Source: Thalia democratica
Lineage: Eukaryota
Reading direction: 5' to 3'
NCBI GenBank assembly: GCA_965202585.1
Contig: CBDBBG010000051.1
Location: forward strand, 62,001 to 125,204
Length of the DNA: 63,204 nucleotides
Shown here: positions 11,001-21,569 of the stretch, one piece after another
Numbering within the stretch: the first letter of the stretch is position 1
Layout: each line of letters starts with the position of its first letter
The notes under the pieces: model-generated
What the model saw: only the letters and a program-made list of their open reading frames with translations
The model's database searches: none
What the model was told of the DNA's origin: nothing
Program-made: the position numbers and the translations under genes

Positions 11001-12920
11001 GTTAAACAAAACTCAGAATTAGTTCAAAAGTGAGTTTTACTAATGATTTATTTTTTCCCTCTCAAAAAAATTAGATAAAATTTTAGTCAATATTTCATTG
11101 ATGTTACTGTAGAGTTTTTTAGAAGTTTTTTTTGATGTTTGTACAGGTTCTTAAATGAATTTTCTAATGTTTATTTGTAAGTCTAATTTGTTATTATACT
11201 TTAAATTTATTATTTCTTAATTTGATACTCCTTTGATAAATTTTGGTTGAAAAAAGGTTCCTGGATTGAAGTGTATGTTTTACTCATGATTTATTTTACC
11301 TTAACAAGACTAAAGTCAAATCCAGCTTTATATTTCTAGTTAACACTTGATTGTTTTGTTGCAGTAAAATTATTTAAAAGTTTATTTAAAAACAAATCTA
11401 CGGGTTCTCTTCAGTTAATGATGTTTGTGTATAATCCTAGTTTGTTGTTACATTGTATTTTTTTGTCAAGTAATTTAGTACTACTTCTAGCCCAAGGTTA
11501 ATTATATATATTTATATTTAAGGTGTATTTTGTATTTTTTGAAAATCTTATAGGGTCGTTAAAGGTAGAATAAATATTGATTTATAAATAAAAAAACTCT
11601 AGATTAACTAAAATACATGTTTCACTCTTAACGACATTAAATTGTATCAAACTTCGTATGTTTAGATAGCTTATGACTGTCAAATTATTTGAAATTTTGT
11701 TCAACCTGAAGTAATAGCGTTATTGTTAATTCAGCCCAAAGCTAATTATATATTGAACATAATTTTATTTTTTTTAACAGACAGGTTTAAACTAAAAGTA
11801 AAACTTAATGTTTTATAGTATATATCCTTGGTGTTGTACTATGAATGATGCAGTTTTATAGTAGACAACCTTGGTATTATTCTATAAGTAACACAACAGT
11901 TTTGCGTTGTAGTTTAGTTTATTAGTATCTATCTAGTATTGTAATTTAATTATTTTATGGTATTTACTGCTAAGTCTCATAAATAGCAAACAAAGTTTTA
12001 GTTAAGTATTTAGTTATACTTTAGATGTTTGTTTATAAAAGTCAGTAAAAAGTTGTTCATGTCACTTTTTATTTTAATTTCAATTAGATAAACAGTTAAT
12101 ACTACGTATTTTTATAACGTAAATTTCATAAGCAACCACATGGATTAATTTCACAATAAAAGCAATGTTTTAACGATTCAACAGTTTTAAATAAATATTG
12201 TATTTAAATTTGTTAAAATTAATTTGTAATCGATTTTAGATATTATATTTTAGTAGCAAATGATAAGACAAGAGTGACTAACTAAAACAATAGCTATTTC
12301 AATTACATTATGTTACAGTTCGTCTATTTATAAAAGTTTACACCAATAAGTCTTGTTTTCACGTAGACTAAAATTTAATTATATCACTATTTTAGTTTAA
12401 TTACAATAAAATTTTAACAACTTATAATACTTGTTAAAATTTAAACTAGCCTTAGCTCTATGTTACCAATCTAAGAAATTGACAATATAGACTACATTAG
12501 TAATGTTTAAGTAAGTAGTGAGAGTTAATTTATTTTCATTTTCTATATTTATACTTATTTTTGGTTTAAAGCTTTTCTTTGGTCTTAAAACAAACATCAT
12601 ATTATACTGTTAGTAAATTATTAAACTTTCCATTTTATTAGTTATTTTATTGTAATATTTTTTTACCCAAATACTTTTAGATCTTCTTAATCGTTGAAAT
12701 GACGTAACAATCAAATTATCTGATTTTAATTTTATTTATTCACTTCTTTTACTAAAGCACTATATTTTTTTTTCTTATAAACTGTTTAAATTTTATCTTT
12801 TTATTAAATCAATTTTTTTAGTTATACATGACAATCAAAACCTTGTAAAAAACTGATTAATAATAATTTTAATAATAGTAATATATCTACTTAACGTTTT
12901 TTAAAGTTCAGACTTATAAC

Positions 12921-13800
12921 TTACTAGTTAATAATGAATTTATAACTAAATGAATAAATATTGTCTTGAAGTAACATCGTTTAAGTTCAACATCGTTTAA
13001 TAAGTTAACTGTCTTTGAAAGGTATAATAGCCTCAAAGTTCGTAAAAGTTGTATTTATATACTACTTTTTTATTCATCTATGGTACTGTGCTTATTCCAA
13101 AAAAAAAATCTTACTAGCTATTAATGAATTTATAACTAAATGAATAAATATTGTCTTGAAGTAACATTTAATAAGTTAATTGTCTTTGAAAAGTATAAAA
13201 AGCCTCAAAGTTCGTAAAAGTTGTATTTATATACTACTTTTTTATTCATCTATGGTACTGTGCTTATTCCAAAAAAAAATCTTACTAGTTATTAATGAAC
13301 TTATAACTTAATGAATAAATATTGTCTTGAAGTAACATTTAATAAGTTAATTGTCTTTGAAAGGTATAAAAAGCCTCAAAGTTCGTAAAAGTTGTATTTA
13401 TATACTACTTTTTTATTCATCTATGGTACTGTGCTTATTCCAAAAAAAAATCTTACTAGTTATTAATGAACTTATAACTTAATGAATAAATATTGTCTTG
13501 AAGTAACATTTAATAATTTAATTGTCTTTGAAAGGTATAAAAAGCCTCAAAGTTCGAAAAAGTTGTATTTATATATTTACTACTTTTTTATTCATCCATG
13601 GTACTGTGCTTATTCCACAAAAATAATCTTACTAGTTATTAATGAACTTATAACTTAATGAACATTTATTGTCTTGAAGTAACATCGTTTAACAAGTTAA
13701 CTGTCTTTAAAAGGTATAAAAAGCATCAAAGTTTCTTTAATGTTGTATTTTTATAATACTTTTATAATCATCCATGGTAATGTGATTATTCTAATAAAGT
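12921..13800. repeat. Minisatellite, about 5 x 171 bp
   Basis: TTACTAG...AATGAATAAATATTGTCTTGAAGTAACAT starts at 12921, 13111, 13282, 13453 and 13629 (periods 190/171/171/176). Confidence 0.93.
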
Positions 13801-15417
13801 ATTTTCGGTCTTATTGATAACTTTTTATTTTAGGCATAAGCGCTACAAATATTTATATACAATTTAATAATATAATAAACTAAGTAAGTTATATGCACTT
13901 TAATTATCATGAAAAAATAAATAAAAGTGATGCCCAAGAAGATGATAAAAGAGAACCTCTATACTTTAACCATGTAAAAACAGAGATGCTTTGTATTTTT
14001 GAATACATACATAAGATTGAGCCTATTAATGTGCTGAATTTTATTTTAACAGTAGTTTACAATCACAAAAAAAATCAATTGTATTTTTTGTAATGTTCTA
14101 TTTGTCACTTTATAGTACTGATGGTACTTATTAAAAAAAATTAAGTATTTAAAAGTAATACATTTAATGAAAATAAAAACAGTTTACCTTGAACAAGAAA
14201 TATATAATTTTTTTATAATATTTTTAAACGTTCTTCAGTGTAATCACTTTAAAATGTTTGAAAGAAACCACAGCTTTATACAGTAAAATATTATACTTTT
14301 GTTTTTAGTAGTTTTGAGATAAGTACACTTTATTATAAAGTATTTTGTTATAAAACAATGTTTCATTCTACCAGAGATCCTCAGTTTTATATTTTTAAAC
14401 GATGCTTTTTTTCAAGTGTGTATTGGTTTTAAGAACAACTTATAAACACTTAAATCTAAGAAAAAAAAAACTAAGTTAAAAACTTTTGATATGTACTGGC
14501 GTTTACATAAATAAATTTTTTGATTTGGTAACATCTAAAAATATATGTTTATTTTTGCTTTGTACAATGTCAAACTGTTTCGAGTAAAGGTTGACAATAT
14601 AAAATATTAATACCAATAACAGCTTGTTCAAACATATGGTTTTCTACGATTATTTATGTTAGCATTTTAATGGTTTGTTTTTAGCTAAGAATCTACACTT
14701 AAAATAATAAAGTAAGCGACACTTTATTTATCGAAATCATAGTCACCAAATGATAACATATTTTGTTTTTTTTGGTTAAAACTACAAAACTGTAACCAAA
14801 AAGTTAATTCAAGTCTTAGTGATCCTGAAAGTTATATTAATTTTCACTTGTTCCATTAAGTCAGTTTTAATTAAAAGTTTATAGGTCAGCGTAAACAGCA
14901 TGTGCTTAACAGTTATGCAATCGATAAATACTTTTCTATTAAATGGGTAATTCTATACAACTTTGCGTTGAGAGTTCAACCAAGATTCTTTTATCAATGT
15001 GATCGGCTCGCAAAAGACTTTTCTGATGAATCTAACACAAACCTAATCGAATAGTTAAACTTCAAGTTAAACGAATTATGAAACACAATCAAGCATCACA
15101 AAATATACTAGAAATTTAAATTAAATTACAAGGGAGATTCATTCAAATTCTATTAAGCACATTTTTTTGATAAAAATACATACATTACAGTATTTAAAAC
15201 GGAACATTGCTTATAATTGTTAAGCTTATAACAATGTTGGCTCAGTAAGAATTTATTATAAAATATCAGCTTTTTTCTTTTAAATGTATTGATAAACTCT
15301 AAGTAATAGATCTAACTTAGTTGCTCTAATTTGATGTTTGTCTTTTACAATGTGTTTCTATTTTGCTTTTACAAATAAAAAGACATACAACAAAAACTAG
15401 TTTTAAAACATTATGTT

Positions 15418-15960
15418 TGACTTTTTTTTTAAAGTTAAAAGCGACTGTCGTTATTAATCATTAAATTTAGCTTTAGTTTAAGTAGTAATTAACATCAACT
15501 TGATCAAAAGTTTTCTTAATAATTTTAAAATTCAGCTTAATGATTTTTTTAGTTTTTGTTTTAAAACGTGAGTGAAAACTAATTATTTTTATTTTCTACG
15601 TGACATTATTTTCTTATGTCTTTATAAAGTACTAGTCTTTAGCTAGACAGTTTTTTTATAAGCATAAAAAGAAGTTTCAAAACAAAAATTCATAAAAAAG
15701 TAGTTTTGTTTGACCTTTTTAGCTTTCTAACGTAGGTTAAAAGCGTCTATTGTTATCAAATCTTTCAAAAAAGTCATGATCTAGGAAGTAATTAACATCA
15801 ACTTAATTAAATATTTTTAAAACAATTTGTTCTGTTTATTAGTTCTAAAGCTTTAAAAATAATTTTTAAACGTGAAGAAACATTAATTGATTTAATTGTC
15901 TACGTGATTTTATTATGCCGTGTTTTTAAAAAATCATACTCTCATATAGATTGTTTTTGT
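15418..15960. repeat. Diverged tandem duplication of about 293 bp (also 43260-43802)
   Basis: GTTAAAAGCG, AGTAATTAACATCAACTT, AAACGTGA and CTACGTGA recur in the same order with a period near 290-310 bp. Confidence 0.7.
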
Positions 15961-16134
15961 TTATACGTACTTTTGTATGTGTTGTAAAAATAAAATATAT
16001 TTTTGAAAACAAACAATTAGTATCCTACTTCTAAAAAAATCGTTCTATCTATAGAATATAAATTTTAAAATTAATTTAAAGACAATTATTGTTAGAAGAG
16101 TAGAAGAAGGATAAAAAATTCAGGAAGTAAACTA

Positions 16135-16618
16135 ATCATTATAAATATAAAGTTTAATTGAGACCTCAATTTAAACGAATCATGAGATGCTTTATAATCA
16201 AGTATCACAAAATATACTTAAAATTTAATATAAATTACAAACGCGATTATTTAAAATTGTATTAAGCATATTTTTTTGATAAAATGATACTAATCATTAT
16301 ATATATAAAGTTTAATTTAGACCTCAAGTTAAACGAACTCTGAGAAGCTCAATAATCAAACATCACAAAACATATTATAAATTTAAATTACAAACGAGAT
16401 TCATTAAAAATGCATTAGGCTTTTTTTTTGATAAAAATAAACCAATCAATATGAATATAAAGTTTAATTTAGACCTCAAGTTAAACGAATTATGAGATGC
16501 TCCATAATCAAGTACACAAAATATACTTCAGACTTAAATTAAGTTACAAACGAGATTTATTAAAACTGCATTAAGCATATTTTTTGATAAAATAATACTA
16601 ATCATTATAAATATAAAG
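16135..16618. repeat. Minisatellite, 3 x about 155 bp, with a solo copy at 15055-15180 (also 43977-44460)
   Basis: TATAAAGTTTAATT(T/G)AGACCTCAA(G/T)TTAAACGAA at 16146, 16304 and 16456. The related AAGTTAAACGAATTATGA...ATTAAGCACATTTTTTTGATAAAA lies at 15064-15175. Confidence 0.88.
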
Positions 16619-17579
16619 ATTTACGTTCTACTCTAGTTTGGCAAGATAATTTAAACTTGAAAAGTGCTTTATCACCCATTCAAGTTTATTAAAAATATTA
16701 AAAAATATAAAAAATTTGTAATTTTTTTTTATTTCTAGACACAATTTTATTTCTAATTAATGTATAGTTTTATTTTGATAGACTTGTTCAACGAAACTAA
16801 TTAACAATTACAAAAACAAATACATTGTACATTGTCGTTTTATTTGATGTAAGCATTCAAAATAGTTATTGGTACATGATACTATCTTGGTTAGGTGTGA
16901 TATAATTAACAAGTTTTATAAAAGAGCTATTAAAAGCAATTAAACACGTAAATTAAGAAAATAAAACTGTACGCGTAAGATTTCATATTGATTAATGAAA
17001 CAAAAGACACTCAAGTTTACCATCAAAAGGTCGAGTTTCGAACGAAAACTTTGTTCGGTCTTATTCAAAACTATTTTTATTTTCTCACAAAGAAACCATT
17101 TATAACATTTTGTTTAAATTTTTGCAATCTATTTTTTAATGAAGTTCAAGAGAAAACTTCTAAATATGACCAAACACAAACCTTCATACGTTGGTTGTTG
17201 AGTTCCTGAAGGAAATGAGCGCTGTGTTGCGAGTTAGAACACTGTCATCAAATTTTATATAAGCGCAATTAAATGTAAACACCCATAAGAATTTTTAGTA
17301 TGTAAATTTCATTAAATGAAAACATTAAATAACTTACAAAATGTATATATAATTTGACAAAAGTATTGTTAAAGCTTTATCTTATATTAAATAATTCTAC
17401 AAGATTGTGAAACATCATTAGTTTTATACCAAAACATAATTTTAATAAAATTAACTTAGCCTTAAGACTTCACAGTTGTATGGTAAATAGATTTTTTATC
17501 AAAATAATTCATTATGGTATTGTTGCGTCATATTTCGCTAGTCAGAATTATACTCCTGAGGAATGCAGCTTAAACGTGT

Positions 17580-17653
17580 GGCCGGTTAGCTCAGTTGGTT
17601 AGAGCGTCGTGCTAATAACGCGAATGTCGCGGGTTCGATCCCCGTACTGGCCA
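17580..17653 (+). tRNA. tRNA-Ile (anticodon AAT)
   Basis: Full cloverleaf: acceptor GGCCGGT/ACTGGCC+A, anticodon arm TCGTG-CTAATAA-CGCGA, B box GGTTCGATCCC, T7 terminator at 17656-17662. Confidence 0.96.
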
Positions 17654-17655
17654 CA

Positions 17656-17662
17656 TTTTTTT
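17656..17662 (+). terminator. Pol III oligo-T terminator of tRNA-Ile, overlapping tRNA-Asp nt 1-2 (also 45498-45504)
   Basis: Run of seven T starting 3 nt after the Ile discriminator base. Confidence 0.75.
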
Positions 17663-17732
17663 CTCGTTAGTATAGTGGTGAGTACTCCCGCCTGTCACGC
17701 GGGCGACCGGGGTTCGATTCCCCGACGGGAAG
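17661..17732 (+). tRNA. tRNA-Asp (anticodon GTC), variant
   Basis: Acceptor TTCTCGT/ACGGGAA+G, anticodon arm CCCGC-CTGTCAC-GCGGG, T arm CGGGG-TTCGATT-CCCCG. Confidence 0.93.
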
Positions 17733-17913
17733 ATTTCTGCATACTTAGTTTGTTAGAACCGGCATTTTTATCCATTTAGTATTTAATAGTAACAATTATA
17801 ATATCATAAAGTCTATCAAATATTTTTTTTAATTTATCTAATAGTTTTCTAACAAGTGTTATAAGAAAGAACATTTTTAAGTATATAAAGTAATTAATGA
17901 GTTATTTGAATAA

Positions 17914-17987
17914 GTCTTCGTGGCGCAATCGGTTAGCGCGTTCGACTGTTAATCGAAAGGTTGGTGGTTCGAGCCCACACGAGGACG
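17914..17987 (+). tRNA. tRNA-Asn (anticodon GTT), with a G49:A65 T-stem mismatch
   Basis: Acceptor GTCTTCG/CGAGGAC+G, anticodon arm TTCGA-CTGTTAA-TCGAA, T arm GGTGG-TTCGAGC-CCACA, T4 at 17991-17994. Confidence 0.92.
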
Positions 17988-18241
17988 TACTTTTATTTGT
18001 TAGATATTGAAAAATGTGCAAAATTTTTACACCGAGCGTGTTTTCTCGCTTTCACACTTTTACAATAGCTTTAAGTTATTTTAAACGTCCGATTCTTTAC
18101 ATTGAGATTCTGTCTTTTTATTTATACATAAGTATTTATTATCTTTTTTGTTTTTCAAAAAGTTCGTTTTAAGTTACTAGTTAACCTTCAATACAAACTC
18201 ATTAATAAGTAACTAACATCAAAGCGGATATACAAAAATAG

Positions 18242-18956
18242 TAGAGTGGCAAAAAATCCTGGAATTTTGTAGAAAAATTGCAAAAATCCTTAAATTTTTT
18301 TAATTATAGTTTTTTAACAACTTTGATAAAATAAAAAATTAAAATTGTATCTTTCTTAGACTTAAAAAAAAGTACAGAAGTTATAATTAGTAATCGATAT
18401 ATTATTAGTTAAAATATCATTTTAGTTAAAGAAACTACTTAACTACTTGCATTTTCATTGCTCTGAATGTCAAGTCAGTCAATAAGAGCCTATTTCTGAC
18501 TGGTCTAACTGAATACAATTTAGATTAAGAGAAAATTAAGAGCAAGAGCAAAATAAGAGCAGAGCCAAATAAAAATGTCTGATGTAATGTTTTATGCCCA
18601 ATGTTACTTATATTAAATGTTGCAAATTTTGACATACAAGTTTGCCACGGATCGAGCTGAAAAATCTTTTTTTGACTTTTCTAAATCAAACTCTTAATAA
18701 AAACCTATTAAAAAATACGTAACTAAAGACTTGAAAGTTTAGCTTGTTTCAAAAACTCAATTAGACCCTAAAAAATGATAAATTGCAAAAGCAAATTATT
18801 TTAGAAAATAATATTATCAAAATGCAGTTTTAAGTATCGATAAACTTTTTTTTTAAGAGCATGTTGACATAAATTTCCTAAAATTTTTCAAAAATCCCTA
18901 TATTTTTCTGACTTTTGTAATTTTTACTTGTTTTTCCTGGCTTTGTGGCAACCCTG
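18242..18956. mobile_element. Degenerate hAT-type MITE (also 46084-46798)
   Basis: Right TIR GTGGCAACCCTG (18945-18956). The left end is a weak match, TAGAGTGGCAAAAAATCCTGGAA, resembling the start of the 6988 element. Confidence 0.45.
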
Positions 18957-19123
18957 AACATATTATTTAATTAAAAAGGTTGATACAAAAAATTAAACAG
19001 TAATAAATTTAAAATAAAAACAAATAAAATCTAGATTGTATGGCTATTTATGATATATATCAACATAAAGGCTTTTGAACAATCACATGAGAAGAACTTT
19101 GAAAAAGTTGATTAAAATTACTA

Positions 19124-19991
19124 CAGGGCTCGTGCGCGAAATTTTTTTCATTTAGCCTGACTGAGACCAATTTAGCCTGACATTTTCTCAAAGTAAGGAA
19201 AATTCCCTTTAGATGTTATTTTAGGTATTAGGGGGTCTTGATTAGTAATATTGTAGTCTCTGATTTCAACCAGCTTTATCTCAAAAATATTTAGAGCTTT
19301 AAAAATATGCAAAAAACAACACATAGCTTAGTTACAACTCAATAAAATAAGGCTAAATTGTGAAAAAGGTGATTGATCCCCCCTATGCCCAAAACGTAAC
19401 AAACTCAGTGATAAGTTTTAAAATAAGTGTTATTACAAACTATTACTAGTGTAACAATTTAATATATATTACTTAACACAGTTGTTCAATTTAATTAAGC
19501 ACTAAGTAAAAATATTATAACCAGCAGATTTATAATAAACGACGTGCATTGTGGTGTTTTATTAAAATTTAAAATGAAACGCTTACAAGAGTATTAAAAA
19601 TCAAACAAAAAGCTAAGTTGTTGAACTAAACTGTAATGTTTAAACTGTATTTTTTTATGAGTTTTCACAGTTATGACGTATATAATCTACTCAAAAAAAA
19701 TAATGAAGATTCTTAAAAACTATTTAGAGATTCAAAAACAAGTTTTAAGCATTTATTTTTACAGATACTGACTGATTTTGATTTTAATAGCTAAACCATT
19801 TTTTAGAAATAAGTTAACTTCTCAATTCGATCTTAAAAAGATTTCTCAACTTTTTTTAATCAAAAATTTTCAAGCATTTGAATTGAAAAAAAATAAAAAT
19901 TCTCAAATCTTTAAATAAAAAAACTGATTTAGCCTGACGTTTTTCAAAAAAACTGATTTAGCCTGACTTAGCCTGACGCGCACGAACCCTG
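19124..19991. mobile_element. Non-autonomous hAT-type MITE (868 bp)
   Basis: 15-bp TIRs CAGGGCTCGTGCGCG / CGCGCACGAACCCTG (14 of 15 match). Five subterminal TTAGCCTGAC motifs. No TSD. Confidence 0.85.
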
Positions 19992-20776
19992 TTTTTGGTT
20001 AAACTTTAGAATCCGAATCTAGTCCCAGTTATCTACAAAACTAACAGAAAAGATCATAATTTTTTTAGTAGACAAAAGTCTTTACTTTGAAACTATAAAT
20101 TAAACAAAAAAAAACAGCCTATAAAAAAACCAATTATCATTAATAAATGTATAGCATGATATACTTTTTTGAATAGAAATAAATTTTAAATGACAGAAAA
20201 ACATTTACAAGTATAGTTACAAATAAGATAAAATTAACAATAAGTTCACATTGTTGTAAAAGTTACAAAAACAGCTAGTCAGAAAAAATTTAATGACAAA
20301 TCCAAACATTATTTTTCAATTTGCTTTTATTAAATGATTATTCTCTGACGGAATTAATAAAAACATGTTGAATGATTAATTCATTTTAATTTTTAATTGT
20401 TCTTTTTATGACATAACGATATTTTCTTTTGCTTTATCTGCACTTTTTTCAATTTTTACCAATCAGTTTTGTTCTTACTGTTTTAATTTTTGTATATTAT
20501 CTTTAACGTTGAATAATAAGGTTAGGTTTCTAGTCAGCGGGCAGCCTATTGTGTAACTTTTAACATAATGGTTATATTGGACATAAAATTTTGCAAGCCG
20601 CTTTATTTATGTTATTGTATGCTAACATGTAGTTTTTTGTTTAGCACTAAATCACAAAAATTTAACCATGGAATTATTACTACAGTTTGTTAGCAATTTC
20701 ATTTTTACCAGCTTGTAGAAACTTATTTAATACTTTATCGACTTATTTTCTTAGTAAAAACTTTAATAATCAAAAA

Positions 20777-21569
20777 TAGTGGCCGACCGGATCTCACTCT
20801 AAGGCTGTATGTTATCCACTTCTACTCTATGAAAAATGATTGAACTAAAAATCAGAAGTTGTCGGTCTAATTACCTTTAATCGTTAACTGTAACGTAACT
20901 AAACGTAAGAAACACTGAAATTAAATCTAAAAGGTAAGCTCTGAATCAAAATAATCTTTACAAAACATTAAAACTAATTTTGTTAAAATACACGTAATAG
21001 GTAAAATTTTTGATATAAACATATTGAATATTTATATGCATCTTGCTTCTGATATTTTTAAAAAAAAGTATTCTATATTTTCATGATAACTATAACATAG
21101 TTTAATTTAATAATTTTATGATAACTAAGATTTAGTTAATTCGAATTGTTTTTCTAAACCAGATTTTTCCAAACTTTATTTTTCAAAACGACTTCTTTAA
21201 ATAAATTCACTAAGCTATGGTCCCCTCTACTAAGATTTCTCAAAAAACTACCATTAAAAAACGGCTAAGACCTTTTTTTTTGCTCTTTATCATCAAATCC
21301 GGGATACCTAGTGTAATTAAAAACAACGTGCTTGAAAAAAAAGTCTTACCTAAGGTAGTTTTGAAACTTTCAGTATACATTCTGGAATTAATGACAAAGA
21401 GCAAAATAAGAAAAAATAAAAATATTTTAAAAGTATTTTAGACTTACACTATATATATCAAAAAAAAATTTTGAAAATTAAACTAGGCATAAAATAAAAA
21501 AAAAATCACAAATTTCATTATATCTGAAAATCTTAATTTCAAATAAAACCCGGATCCGGCAGAATACTA
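20777..21569. mobile_element. Possible old MITE (also 48619-49411)
   Basis: Imperfect inverted termini TAGTGGCCGACCGGAT and ATCCGGCAGAATACTA (11 of 16 match). Confidence 0.3.

Larger units (their letters stand above)
4736..12700 (-). pseudogene. Decayed cluster of paralogous intronless ORF cassettes, identity unknown (virus- or TE-like); also about 32578-40542
   Basis: Manual minus-strand translation gives stop-riddled frames sharing a motif three times: QLPNCIELYIGHK (~6052-6088), FRNSIEFYIGNK (~9751-9783), HLPNSIWFYIGDK (~10832-10867). Segments 8820-9150 and 11100-11450 are also homologous to each other. Boundaries are approximate. Confidence 0.5.

Noticed and set aside
17651-17655. Genomically encoded CCA on tRNA-Ile (prokaryote-like)
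   Set aside because: The CCA at 17651-17653 is C71-C72-A73 of the acceptor stem and discriminator; the next bases are CA then the T-run.
6980-19999. Target-site duplications for the hAT-like MITEs
   Set aside because: The 8-bp flanks do not match for 6988-7332 (GATTTTAA/TTTTGATA) or 19124-19991 (AATTACTA/TTTTTGGT), so no TSDs are claimed.
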